Assembly (NCBI GenBank): GCA_965287045.1
Contig: OZ336885.1
Coordinates: 65,782,001-65,846,000, forward strand
Origin: Carcharhinus amblyrhynchos
Lineage: Eukaryota
Direction of reading: 5' to 3'
Length of the DNA stretch: 64,000 nucleotides
Each line of letters starts with the position of its first letter. Position 1 is the stretch's first letter. Positions 27,284 through 40,574 of this stretch are shown here, piece by piece. The notes beneath the pieces are model-generated. The model was not told the DNA's origin and made no database searches. It worked only from the letters and a program-made list of their open reading frames with translations. The position numbers and the translations under genes are program-made.

Positions 27284-27514
27284 GTAAGACAACCAATTTT
27301 TTTGAGATCATTAAAAATTTATTCAAATCATATCAGCAAGTTTAAACATAGCTTAGCCGTCGGATATCATTGCTGGTTACGCGGGGCACCCCGTGTGCAT
27401 TGACCTCATTAAAATTACTTTCATGAATTAGCGTCCAGGCTAACAATTGATGCAGTAAACTTGTGCAGAAATATTGTTTGGAAATTTACAATCGTGTTGT
27501 TTCTGCTTTAAAAG

Positions 27515-27541
27515 AGAACAAGCTTGACGAATCACAGACAG
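27515..27541 (+). CDS. 27-nt phase 1-1 micro-exon, (E)NKLDESQT
   Basis: tttctgctttaaaag|AGAACAAGCTTGACGAATCACAGACAG|gtaaac. Confidence 0.65.
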
Positions 27542-27797
27542 GTAAACGGACAGTGTGTGTATATTAAATGGTGCAATGGTCTAATACATTCTGGCTGACA
27601 TTGCGAGTGCCAAATTTTGTCTCACATGAATATGCAAATACCAGAGGGACAGGAATCAAGGTCAGGCGGAAGAGATTAGTTTAATTTTGTGTCATGTTTG
27701 GCGCAACATCGTGGATCGAAGGGCTTAACCCTGTCCTGAAGATTGTTGTGTTTCATATCATTGCATTTTTTTTTTCGTAATTGACTCTCAATTGCAG

Positions 27798-27824
27798 AAG
27801 ACAAAGAAAGGTAGAACCGGGACA
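27798..27824 (+). pseudogene. 27-nt micro-exon with in-frame TAG, (E)DKER*NRD
   Basis: ctctcaattgcag|AAGACAAAGAAAGGTAGAACCGGGACA|gtgagt; correct size and strong splice sites but a stop in phase 1. Confidence 0.55.
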
Positions 27825-28286
27825 GTGAGTCACATTTTGCAGCTTGCAGACTAAACTCCACATACACAGATTAGAGGGTCTGGGTAGGCATCAAATGTAT
27901 TCGCACAGCATCAAAGATTCCTCTGAATCTTACATCACATCACAACATTGAAGTCAATTCCGTTGGTTATGCACAAGCTGAATATGATTTATGTTAATAC
28001 AGCATAGCTGCCATAACTGAATTATTTTAGGCATAAATTAAGAAATGTCCGAGATAAATTTGAGCAAAAGAATCTCACAACTGAGCAATGCTGGTGGATA
28101 AACATCTATGGTACACTGCCAATCTGTATAGATCAGAAAGAGAACACATTAAGCGTGAGTGAAACAAAAACCTTCGGCTAGACACACTTCGCTAACACGT
28201 TTAATTTTCAATAACATCCTGACGTTATCTTGAAAATGAATTTGCAAAGCTGCAGGTGCGGGTTATTGAATATACAGAACATTGAT

Positions 28287-28545
28287 CATAGAACATTACA
28301 GCACAGTACAGGCCCTTCGGCCCTCGATGTTGCGCCGACCAGTGGAACCAATCTAATGACCCCCTAACCTAAACTATTCCAATGCTATCCATATGCCTAT
28401 CCACTGACCACTTGAACGCCCTTAAGGTTGGCGAGTCCACGACTGTTGCAGGCAGGGCATTCCACGCCCTTACTACCCTCTGTGTAAAGAACCTACCTCT
28501 GGCATCCGTCCTATGACTACCACCCCTTAATGTGAAGCTATTTCC
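28287..28545 (-). mobile_element. CR1/HER1 LINE 3' fragment
   Basis: 'catagaacattacagcacagtacaggcccttcggccctcgatgttgcgccgacc...taccctctgtgtaaagaacc'. Confidence 0.85.
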
Positions 28546-29934
28546 TCTGAATGTTTCATGAATGTTACCCGACTGTGTTTCCTTTTCCCCTGTATTCCTC
28601 CGTACTGACGAGAGCGTGTCTTACTCTAGTGCCTTGAGGGGTGCTCATCGGACTTAGAAACGCAAATAATTGCTCCACGATTCAATTTTTGCAACAAAAA
28701 AATGCTACAAATGAAATTGAAAGAATTTCAATGTTTGGGTCCACAGAGGCTTTCGTGTGGCAATCATGGTGTAGAATTGAGTATAAATGTATTGCAATAT
28801 TGTATGGACATAAAATTTAGTGTTGCGTCACTAACTATCCTTTCTGATGCAAACTGGTGATAATGCCGGTGCATTAGTGATTTTCATATTATGTTGCCTT
28901 TGCTGTTTTAATGGATTTGGAAGGAAGTCATTAGAATGATGCAAAAGAAGGTAATTAATCTTCCACAACAAAATGCCCGAAAATGTTGCATTTCTAACCA
29001 CAAGTCTTCAAAGAGTTGTGCGCAACTTGAAGTATTTTGGGGACAAACACTTGATAAATATGACGTGAAACAATACACGTTGCGACTTTTTGACCATTGT
29101 CGATCTTCCACAGCTGAACGCTGCCGCAATACTATCAGCGGCCTATATACTTTGAACGATGTCACCAGACGCCAAGATATCGCTTTTATTGCATCCTTAT
29201 TCCAAAGTGCATTGATGTCCTTTGAATTTAGTTGCTTCTGTGTCTTTATTTTCCATATCATAAGGACACATTTCTTAATTGACCTCTCAAGTGAAGTGGG
29301 ACAAAAGATGTGATGCACTTTTGATGGCGATGGAAGCACTTACTGAGTTTGAAAACTTTTTAAGACTCCCTATTCGTGTGCTCCCTAATATTTTGGGTTT
29401 GCAGTGCAGCCCAATTGTGTTACATGATTTTACGACTTGTTTCCAAATTGGCTTTCGTGGAAGAAATGAGAAAGTTGTTGCGGAATTGTCATTGCGTAAT
29501 TGTAGAATTGGTAAGTCTAAGCCTCAGGGAAAGGATTCAATGGGGCAGACTGGTTTCTCATATTTCAACCCGGTTGTGTATTAAACAAGTAAATGCTGTT
29601 TGGCTAAAAAAAAACAGGAAAGTTCACATTAACATGCCTTGAGTTAATTTGGAAATTGTGTAATTCTGATTAAAAAAACAATACGACAGAACAGAATAGA
29701 ATAAAATGTTGAGGGTACATTCAGCCTTTCGAGGATGCAGCGAGAATGCATCCACCCAAATCCCTTTCCCGTAAACAATAACCATGCAAAGCCCACTGAT
29801 ACGAATGGACAATTTGAAAAGAGCCATCAACCTAATCCCGATAGTATTTGAATTTTGGGAGAAAACTTAGAGTATGCAACATAAATCCATACAGTCAAGA
29901 GATCTGATCAACCATTATTCAGTTCGATCATAAC

Positions 29935-30413
29935 TGAAGAAGGGAACGGGTTAATGAATGTTGTAGTACTTAAAGATTTGTGCAAAGCGTTGAAAACTTG
30001 TTTTTGCACCCATGTAAACTTGTATATCAGTTAACTTGTTTTTGCAAGCGTGTAGTCTTGTATGCTGGCTAAACAAACCATGGCGATTCTATAACTCCTT
30101 ATCACACTGGAGGAACAGAACGGAGACATTCACGGCCTTGAGAGAGCTATGATTACAACGGACTACACAAAGGACGAAATTGCCAAGGCAGCGAAGACCA
30201 CATGATAGATGGTGAACCATGACAGGCATCCTGAAGAAATGCGGACATGACTAACGATGGGTATCGGGATGTAAAAAGATCTACTCTTACTTGTGTTTTG
30301 GGAGAAGTGTGGTGAACAGCTGTAAGGAACAGCGCTTCTCCCAAAAGCTTTTGTAATAAAACTATTGTATTTTGACTCAGGACTAGTCTCAGAAGTATTA
30401 TTTAACGTCAACA
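29935..30413 (+). mobile_element. Solo LTR related to the ERV LTRs
   Basis: Begins TGAAG..GGGAA.GGGTTAATGAAT; ends AATAAA...gtctcagaag...CAACA like the ERV LTRs; flanks ataac/ataag. Confidence 0.75.
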
Positions 30414-30554
30414 ATAAGGACAAAAGCAAGGACAAAACGTTGAAACGTACAATGTTAAACTGAATTTGCATGTTTTAACTCTCTTATAGGCCCTCAGATA
30501 ATCTTCATGCCGAAATATCCAGTAATCTGATCAGATCAACTGTCTCTTTTGCAG

Positions 30555-30581
30555 ATACAATAAGCTACGAACAGTTTGCAG
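30555..30581 (+). CDS. 27-nt phase 1-1 micro-exon, (D)TISYEQFA
   Basis: tgtctcttttgcag|ATACAATAAGCTACGAACAGTTTGCAG|gtacaa. Confidence 0.7.
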
Positions 30582-32479
30582 GTACAAATGCACTAATATA
30601 TGGCTTCTTCAACCCAATGTATATCAAAGAAGCGTACCCCCACGTCCATGCCAAAATTATGTTGGGTTGCTTCATCTGAGGCAGTATAAATTGTTGTGCT
30701 GTTATGAGATATACATTGTGGCAAGTATGCGATTACATGATGGATGATGATTAATCTTAGATGTCGTAAATCAAAGTTGTTTTTTCAGCATTATTGTATG
30801 ACGTTGGCAAACAAAAAAAAACACACTCACAAAAAATAATGCATTCGAAATCTGTAAACATAACCCCTGACAGTTGAAAGCCAAATCTTCAACACCAATG
30901 AGAGATTACAGCTTTTTTTTTACTTGCAGACAAAGAAGAGTTCTTACAGTGGAAAATGGTGTTATTACTAGATTGCGGGAAATGTATTTGGTTTGGTGGT
31001 TTCGGAAAAAAAAATACTTTTGAAGGCCCCATTTGCTGCCACCGCTTCGTTTGATTGCCATTTTATCTCCGATGTTCACTTCGGACTCGGAAACTTAAAA
31101 AATGATCTATTTTCTGCCGTTTCTCCTCAAATGTGTATGTGTCACGCCCATTCTCGGATCCATGAAATTGCCTTCCGATTCTTTGGAAGTGGCAACAGTT
31201 ATCGATGTGTGTCAATGTATTATGTCAAACTACTATCAGATCGCCCTCTGATGATGCTATATTTTCTGCATCAGAACTAGATAAGACGATCCTCGGCAAC
31301 ATCTGTTTTAATTATGTGGAATTCCGAACTATCATTTTGGATTGCCTGATCGAATGCCACCTTTTTGTAATTGTGCGTCCAGAACAAACAAATACGCAGT
31401 GCAGGCCCTTGCAATCTTCTGAAGCCATTTCATTTATTTTCCCAAAACCAAAGTGAAATGTTATCATAGAGCGACTGTGTTTTCCTTTTTGAGTGAGAGG
31501 TTTATTTTTCGCGATTGAATGGCATGAAACGATTGTTTTTTTTTAAATGGACCATCACTGCTAACTATTCAGCACCTACAATCCGGTCAAAACCACTGAT
31601 ATTTCAATTGCAGTCAATGAAAATGAAGACCATGCCAGGATTTCGACAAGTGTCTCGACTTGTTCCGGTGTTTACCTTTCATGAAACAGCAGTTGAATCA
31701 CTTTCGACTTACACCTAATTTGTTTTCTCTTTTTTTTTAATGTATGTGCTTTGCTTTACGTTAGTAACAACTGAAGATTAATTCAAATGAGTTATTAATT
31801 TTGAAAAGATGCTGAGTTCATATCACTGCAATTGATTATCAACTGCCAGGGCCATAGTTGTGTTCTTGCCATTTTACATCATTGTCCTTCAGGTCAAATC
31901 CATCCATCAACTTAGTTAACTATTGATATTTAAATATATTTCAAAATAAATTCGAAGACACCAAATATGCGTTTTAATTTCCTTGATAGAAAATCGCAGA
32001 CTGAGAGATGACCTGAAAAATAAAGGTCAGCTACATTCATTATTGTTCAGAATTAGTTGTTGTGCCACAGTTCGTTGCTTGTATGTATAAATTAGAACAG
32101 AGGGGAGAATTCCATTAACTGTAGGAAACTGCCTATTCTAACATAAACACAACTGAAAATGGAGAATAACACAAATAATGCATATTGGATGCTCAATTGT
32201 CGCAAAATATACCGAATTGTAACCAAAAACCACTTTTCCAGCTTTGTGAAACCACAACTGTACTTTGTCCTGGAAAGACCATGTTCTTGATTAGATACAG
32301 GATGTAAAATTGTGAAACTATTTAGCAGGTTAATGCCACATAAAATGATTGTCGTGCTGACTCAAAAGTTATTTGGTTGAATGATAATAGAAGTAGCAAC
32401 TTCATTATGAAAAAACAAAATAACTGTTGCAACATACTGTTGACTTCTTGGAAATATGCCGTTTTATAAGTTTTATTTA

Positions 32480-32762
32480 TTAGTGTCACGAGTAGGCTTT
32501 ACTTAGCTTACTATGCAATTAACTTACCATGAACATCCCCTTGTCGCCACGCTCTTACGCCGGTTTGGGTATACTGAGGGCGAATTCAGCTCGAACAATG
32601 CATAAACTGTCACGTCTTTTGGAACGCATGAGGAAATTGAAGCAAACGGAGAAAATCCAAGCGGCCACGTAGACTATGCACAGCCTTTACTCCAATACAA
32701 AAAAAACGAAACCCATTCCGTTGTCGTTGTGAGGCAACACTGCGAATCACTTTGCCGCTGCA
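32480..32762 (-). mobile_element. HE1-like SINE (degenerate)
   Basis: 'atccccttgtcgccacgctc...gggtatactgagggcgaattcagc...tgtgaggcaacactgcgaatcact'. Confidence 0.75.
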
Positions 32763-33374
32763 TTTCTCCCCAGGAACGAAAAAAGGAAACTCATCAATAC
32801 TGTCCAATTAAGAACATTATGTAATCAAAGACGAACCAATTTTTGAATTACGAACATGTAACGAATATCAGTAATCATCAAGTTGAAACAGTTTGTTATA
32901 ACGTCTGGTGCGTGAGCGAGTATCTGTTTTGGAAATGTCTATTGGCCATCATCAGCGTTTGCCTATTTGATTAACCATTGGACAAATTTGAATAGACTGA
33001 TGATTCTAGAGTTAATGCATATATAATTTATATTTCAAAACGTTGATCACAATTATTTTGAGTGCAGACCATTTCTCCATTGAAATGAAATATGTAACTC
33101 TCATGAGGATGTAAGAAATATGCCAAATCCAGGACGCTTAATATGAAACAGGAGGGATACCTAGTGACTGAGGCATTACTGCTTTGGATAATTGTTTGAA
33201 CACACTCCGAGTGAGATACTGATATGAATGCAATGCAAGTAATTGTATCACTCGATTTTAAAGGAGATGGTCAAAAGGAGCGCGTCTTAACAGAATTAAT
33301 ATTTGGTGCATCACACCTTTACATCAACATGGCAAAATAAATGGATTTGTTATAAAGAATGTAGCGAAAGATGG

Positions 33375-34300
33375 GCCAGCTTCAGCTTAAGATCATAGGC
33401 TGTTTTAATTTAGCGGTAATAACGCTGCCAAGTAAACCACGATCCCATCCTCAATGCATTCGTATAATCCTGTTTCCCACTCTGTCCAATGCGATCACAT
33501 GCTTCTGATGGCTTATCGACCAGAATCCAACAGAATTCTTCAGCGGAGAAATATTCAGTGCAAGGCTTAGGACCAGTACACATATCATGCTCTTTTACTT
33601 AATGTCCCTCCGAACCAATCCGACAACTCACCTGCCCTGCAAATGCCCATACACTATGCACACATGTGTACAAGTTGCCCCTATAACATTTGATGTTATG
33701 TCGTATGTCATATTGTGCATCCATTTTCCTCCTGTCAAATTACATTGTTCCAAACGTGTCTTCATTGAACTCCACTATGTTATTTTGTCTATGTCATTCA
33801 TCTTTCCATACGGTCCCTTCATAGTTTGCAATAGTTCCAAGTTCTGAGTTGTTCACAACCGTTGGAAAGGTTGATCAATTGATCATTATTGGTGATTCCT
33901 TAAATCCATCTAATCCTTTACCATTTTGCTGCTGCCATGTGTATTCATTATCGACTTTCTTTTCCTGAGGCTTGGAGTGCGATCCTATATCGAATGCATA
34001 TTTGCAGTTTATTTTCCCACAACCACAATATGCCGCACTTGAGAGTCATCTTTTTCTCATCAAAATATTTGAAAAAAAAAACAAATTCCAGGAAGATATT
34101 AAAACAACATACTTTCTTTTGAAACAATCTTGGCATTTCCTAACCAAACCAAATGTTTCCAAACGACCGCCAACTATGTCCAACATAATTTATTTTCTCA
34201 ATAGCATGCCAATGACCCAAATTATACGGCTAGGCCAAAAACGGATATTGTTCTCATTGAAACAATCGTGCAGTGGAATGATATTTGGATTTCCCTAGTC
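33375..34300 (-). mobile_element. Highly degenerate CR1 remnant
   Basis: Antisense CR1-like phrases 'cttcagcttaagatcataggctg', 'cagaatccaacagaattc', 'cctcctgtcaaattacatt'. Confidence 0.5.
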
Positions 34301-34460
34301 TTCTATGATATTACTTGTGTGTCTCGAGAACTGAAAGTTTACAGCCAGTGTGCCTGCAATTTTCATTGTAAATTATTTTAATATCTTTGGAAGCAGGTCA
34401 TCTAGTCAGGTCGCCTTGTCTATTCAACAATTTGTATTGATCACTTTGAAACAATTTTAG

Positions 34461-34534
34461 GCATGGAGTTTCCTCGCCTACTGTAGTGGCGTTTGCAGTC
34501 TTCGCATTAGTTCTGTTTGGAATTACATATTCGG
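34461..34534 (+). pseudogene. Signal-peptide exon of micro-exon gene copy C, 1 nt short (restored: MEFPRLLVVAFAVFALVLFGITYS)
   Basis: ttttag|GC ATG GAG TTT ... ACA TAT TCG G|gtattt mirrors ag|GC ATG CAG CTT ... ACA TAT CAA G|gt at 45941. It is 74 nt; adding one base at ~34482 restores the frame and a hydrophobic signal peptide. Confidence 0.65.
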
Positions 34535-36859
34535 GTATTTCTTCTGACATGCCCCGGCTCCCTTTTGAAATTGCATTCTCAGTCAATGTACAGTACTTAT
34601 CCGCCCTACACTAACAATTTAAAATGCATTACCAATGAGGGTTCCGCTTTCAGCTGGCAGTGACACCTTCTGCCCTGAATCAATTTTCTTCTCTGTATTG
34701 TCCATCTTCACATCTGATCCGGAGCTTCAGTATTTTGCTTGGTGTTATACTATGTATTGTGCTGGACAACTGACGACACCATATATTTATCTTGTGTTAA
34801 TTTAAAACATCCAATATGGAATAAAGATGACACTCCGTTAAGAATGGAAAATCGTCTTCTGAAAGCCTGTTTACGATCCGTGACAATGAGACCTATGTAA
34901 TCTGGCACGCGAAGAAGAGTGATCTGACACGAGAAGAACGTCACATTTTTGGTGCACTTCTCTGCTATCAAGGCTGCACAATACCTTCAGTAGCGTTTTT
35001 GGACAAAGATTGGCTCCCGATGAAATCTACGATTGTGCATTGAAGGTCAGCCCCTATTTCATACAACAACACACTGTTGCTAACAGAAGGCAGCACCACA
35101 ACATGTCTGTACTCACCTGACACATTCCATTTTTTGTCTTTTTTCATGTATTTGATTACTAAACATACATCACTCACCAGCTTAAGCCAGGCTTTGTTAA
35201 CATATCAACATTATTCAATACTATCCGTGCACAAATTTACATTGCAAAACCATTTTTCAACGTATGTTTTGCACTCCATCTTAATTAACTTCAAAACGCG
35301 TGCAAACATACACATTGCAAAGACTGCCGAGAACTCTCATGTTGCGAGCAATATATAGTTTCACGTTATTCTTCTCGATTTAGTTTCAACCCTCTTCAAT
35401 CAAGCACATTTTATTCCACTAAAATAATTGGTGCACTAATTCTACTGTGATGCATACAGTTTCAGTAGAATAGGCAACTGCTCCATCAGAAAATACGTAC
35501 ATTCAACATGAATATAATATTAGTGTCTGGCAGCTTTTCAAAACAAATTCACCGATCAGCTGGATTTTTTTTTCTACTGGCTAGGTCATGCCATTCAAAT
35601 CCAGAGATTTGTTTTTCCCAGCATTTTCAACTTCTCCAAAGAGTGTAACTCCAAAACAAACCGGAACTGAAGCAAACTCCAACTTCATTTGATTGCATGA
35701 GAAATGACATTGAAGTTAACATTTTAACTCTTGTTTACACTCGAAGGTTTTTTTTTTCTCCTCTTTCCCAAAATAGCCAACATATCCTCCGTGGTTCATT
35801 AAGATGGACACAGAAAAAAACTCTCTTCTTCTATATCATTTGCATTTTGGCTCTCGGTTCTCCATCCCAAATTACTATTTACACATTTGAACCATTGTTC
35901 CAACTCGACGTCCTTAGATTGTTGTTGCTTTTGGGGGTGTCCAATATTATAGCCCTTTAAAATTGCTTGACCATTCCTAAATTTTCTGCCGCAGTCTACA
36001 ATTTTGTTGACTCGAAATTTATGTTCGAGGTCATTAATTTTGGCTCAGCGACTCCCACAGAAAAGGTCGCTCAATGTGTTGATTTCTTGTTACTGATCAG
36101 CAATGATTCCACTGGACACGGAAGCTCGGAAATGCTGAGCCCCTCCGAAACACATTGTGCTCAATATTATGAATGGTCGACACTGACCAAGGTGCATATG
36201 GACTTTTCATTAACTTGTGTCAGGTGCTTATGCACGGTGATGAGCAAACGCATTAACAAGTCATCAGCAATCAAATACGTGGGCATTTTTTCTGTCAAAA
36301 CACGTCATTTCCCCTACTTTAACGTTCTTTCTCTCTGCCTTGTTGGTTTACTGTCACTGTTTTTTTTTCTTAATTTTTACCTCGTAATTTAAATTAATGA
36401 CCTGGCTGAAACAGAGTGAAAAAAAAATGACCGAATGCATTATATTTGTTGCACTATACCATGGCTATGAGCCAAGAGATCTCGCTGAGAGAAACAAACA
36501 ATACATCCATACCTCCATCTCGTTTTGTTATGCTCGCTAGAAATTCCCCTTTCTTTGAATTTTCACTTGCCGTGATTTCCTGTTTCCACTTGTCTTTTTT
36601 TAATCCTCACTATTCGTTTGAACTTGTCAGATCTCATCCGTCTATTTGTCGGTTTTCGGGAAGAAAGATTAATCTTTAGTTAATTAATGATTGGTTTTAA
36701 TACAACGAACAATAGACATTTTTTTTCATTTTGACTTGATTGAAGATACAAGTTAGGACTTTATATGAAAACGGGCAAAAAGGAAACAGTTTCGAATTTC
36801 ATGCAGAACTGAGATATTCACCTGTCATGACTCACATTTCCCATTATATCATGACGGAA

Positions 36860-39648
36860 AGAGCAAGCAATACCGAACAACGGGTATCAGACATTTAGGA
36901 AGTATAGACAGGAAGAAAAAGGAGGTGGGGCGTCTCAGTTAATTAAGGATAACATCACGGCGGTAGGGAGAGACGATATAGGCTCCAAAGGGCAAAAGAC
37001 GGAATCGTTGCAGGTGGAGATAAGGAACGGTAAAGGGACAACGTCACTGGTGGGTGTGGTCTATTGGCCCCCAAATAATAACTTTGATGTGGGGCGGGCT
37101 ATAAGCAAGCAAATAATGATGCGTGTAAAAACGGAACGGCAATAATCATGGGGGATTTTAACCTACAAATTGATTGGTTGACTCAAGTCGGAAGTGGTGG
37201 ACTTGAGGAAGAGTTCGTAGAATGATGTCGGGAGAGTTTCCTTGAACAGTATGTTATAGAAACAACGAGGGAGAGAGTTAACTTAGATCTGGTGCTGTGT
37301 AACGATGCAGGTAGAATTAGGTAACTGCTTGTGAGGGATCCTCTTGAGACGAGTGATCACAATATGGTTGGATTTCTGACACAGATGAAGGGTGAGAAAG
37401 TAAGGTCCCAAACCAGTGTCCTCTGCTTGAACGCAGGAGAGTATGATAAGATGAGGGTGGAATTGGCTGATGTAAACTTGGGGCGCAGATTGGTTGATAG
37501 GACTGCTGAGGAACAGTGCAGGATTTTTAAGGAGATCTTTTTCACTACTCAGCAAAAATACATTCTGGTGATAAAGAAGGACTGTAAGAAAAGGGATAAC
37601 TAGGGGTGGATATCAAAGGAAATAAAGGAAAATATTACATTAAATACCGATACGTACAGAGTGGCTAAAATAGTGGGGAATTTGAGGATTGGAAAAGATT
37701 AAAAAGAAAACAACAAAGAATCACTAAGAAAGTGATAAAGAAAGGAAAGATAGAGTATGAAACTAAACTGACTCTAAATGTAAAACATGATAGTAAAAGT
37801 TTTTACAAATTTCTAAAGAAGAGAGTGGCTAGAGTGAATGTTGGACCCTTGGAGGACGAGAGGGGGGAAATTAATGGTGGGAAACGAGGAAATGGCTGAG
37901 ACTTTAAGTATTTTTTTGTGTGTCAGTCTTCACGGTGGAGGACACAAATAGCTTACTGAATATTGAAGGTAGTGGATTGGTAGGAGATGATATCCTCAAT
38001 ACAATTATTGTTACTAAAGACGTATTGCTTGGTAAACTAATGGGACTGAAGGTGGACAAGTCCTCAGGACCGGATGGAATGCATCCCAGGGTTCTGAAAG
38101 AAATGACAGAAGTAATAACAGATGTGTTCGCCGTTATTTATCAAATTTCGCTGGATCCTGGGGAAGTGCCAGCAGTTTGAAAAAAAAGAAACTACTGTTA
38201 GGCTGCTGTTTAAGAAAAGGTAGCAGACAAAAGGCAGGTAACTACAGGCTGGTTGGTTTAACGTCCATAGTTGGGAAAATGCTAGAATCCATCATTAAAT
38301 AAAAAAACAGCAGCGCACCTAGAAAAGCATGGTTCAATCAAGCAGACACAGCATGGATGCATGAAGGGGAAGTATGTTTGACGAATTTACTGGATTTTTA
38401 TGAAGATGTGACGAGTGTGGCAGACAGAGGGGAAGCGGTGGATGTGTTTTTTAAAAAAAAATCCAGAAGACATTCGATAAGGTGCCTCACAAAAGGTTGC
38501 TGCAGAATGTTAGGGTACACGGGGTTGGGGGTAAAGTGCTAGCGTGGATTGAGGATTGGCTATCTAACAGGAAGCAGAAAGTTGGAATAAATGGGTGTTT
38601 TCATGGTTGGCAGTTGGTAACTAGTGGTGTGCCACAGGGATTGGTGCTGGTGACTCAACTGTTTACCATATATGGACGATCTGGAGGAGGCGGCTAAGTG
38701 GTGGGTAACAAAATTTGCTGATGACATGAAGATGAGTGGAAAAGCAAATTGCGTGGAGGACGTGGAATGTCGGCAGAAAGATTTGGGTGGGCTGATTGAG
38801 TGGGCGAGGATCTGGCAGATGCCGTATAATGTTGGCAAATGTGAAGTTATCCACTTTGGAAGAAATAATAGTAGGGTGGAATATTATTTAAATGGTGAGA
38901 AGTTGTAGCATCCTCCTGTGCAGAGGTACCTAGGGTCCTTGTGCACGAATCGCAGAAAAATCAGTCTGCAGGTGCAGCAGGTGATCAAGAAGGCGAATGG
39001 AATGTTGGCCTCTATCGAGAGAGGGATAGAATATAAAAACAGGGTGGTTTTGCTGCAACTGTACAAGGCACTGATGAGGCCGCAACTGGATTACTGTGTG
39101 CAATTTTGGTCCCCTTATTTGGGAACGGATGTATTGGCCTTTGAGGGAGTACAGAGAAGGTTCACCAGGCTGATACCGGAGATGAAGGGTTATCTTATGA
39201 GGAGAGATCGAGTAGACTGGGCCTGTGCTTGTTGGAACTTAGAAGGCCGGAGGGTGGCGGGATCTTATAGAGACATATAAGGTAATGAAGGGGCTAGATA
39301 GGGTAGAGGTAGAGGGGTTCTTTCCACTTAGAAAGGAAGCCAGACCGAGAGGGCACAACCTCAAAATAAGGGGAGTGGGGGAGGGGAAGTTGAGGAGGAA
39401 CTTCTTCTCTCAGGGGGTGGTGAATCTCTGGAATTGTCTGCCCATTGAAGTGGTGGATGCCACCTCATTGGATATGTTTAAGTCACGGTTCGATAGATTT
39501 CTAATCGATAAGAGAATTAAGGGTTATGTGGAGCAGGTGGGAAAGTGGAACTGATCCACTTCAGATCAGCCATGATCTTATTGAATGGTGGGGCAGGCTC
39601 GAAGGGCTGGATGGCCTACTCCTGCTCCTTTTTTTATGTTCTTATGTT
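36860..39648 (+). mobile_element. CR1 LINE with most of ORF2 (APE endonuclease and RT), frameshifted
   Basis: KGGG, IIMGDFN, SDHNMV, KSSGPDGMHPRVLKE, SGVPQG and KFADD motifs; 3' tail ttatgttcttatgtt. Confidence 0.95.
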
Positions 39649-40547
39649 AACTCTACTGGGGAGGCAGGCTGTCTCTATTACTTAAATAAACGACCGTTGT
39701 TCGAATGATTGATTGAAACCTAGCGGTCAGTGAATACAATATTACGTAGCATGCTTTATTCATTGCATTTGACTTGCTGCTGCTAAGCAGGGGATGAAAA
39801 TATAAGTCCTAGTTCTTCAGAACAAAAAAAAGTCCCATTCTGGAAAATTGCAACATATAATAGGTGCATGTCCAAACCTTTGTATTGTTTGTATAGTATT
39901 TCAACAGTGGAAGGATCAAACAGTTTGCTGTTTCTTCATGTTCATGATCGTTTATGTTCCACTATAAACAGGTTGAACACTCCTCCATTCTTCTTTCAGG
40001 GAAACAAACATTAGTGCGTCTGCAGCATTAGTTTTCAACGGTTTTGTATATTGTTTCACCGCCTGCTGACTCACTGAACATCATTTCTGCGGGTCTACAT
40101 GCACCACCCAAAGCATCGTGGTTGAACGTCAAGCTCAGAACCAGCATTTTTTAATGTAAAATTGAAATGTTCTATATATTTAATTTCGCAATGTGTGTTT
40201 CCCATATCCGCCTAGTGCATTAAAACTATATTTCCTGCAGTTGTTTTCATATAGTGAAAACCGAAGAAATGTTTACTTTGGTAGCAACAACTATTATATT
40301 ATCAACCTCTCGGCTGGTCTGCAATGTAGGATGTTTTAGTAAGGTGCAATTATCAGAGATCATTGACTGGGTCTTATATTGTACACTCTGAAAGCAAGGT
40401 AAAATTAACCAACTTATTTTCTGTACCGTCAAAACCAGTTTGCCAGCAAGCGTGTCGTCACAATAAGGGGAACATGCAAGCATTTACAAACAACAAAACT
40501 AGTTGTGTTTCCAGACTGATGTATTCCAAACATTTCATTGATTTCAG

Positions 40548-40574
40548 AAAAAATGCTCAACGTGAAAGATGAAG
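40548..40574 (+). CDS. 27-nt phase 1-1 micro-exon, (E)KMLNVKDE
   Basis: tttcattgatttcag|AAAAAATGCTCAACGTGAAAGATGAAG|gtacta; resembles the 49097 exon, and both are the first clear micro-exon after a signal exon. Confidence 0.68.

Noticed and set aside
27632-27639. Octamer ATGCAAAT (several copies in the window)
   Set aside because: No associated Ig leader, V exon or RSS; frequency plausible by chance in AT-rich DNA.
31614-31649. Further 3n candidates with weak donors (also 261-287, 30498-30521, 63099-63125)
   Set aside because: Poor donor consensus. 30498-30521 would leave only a 33-nt intron to the next exon.
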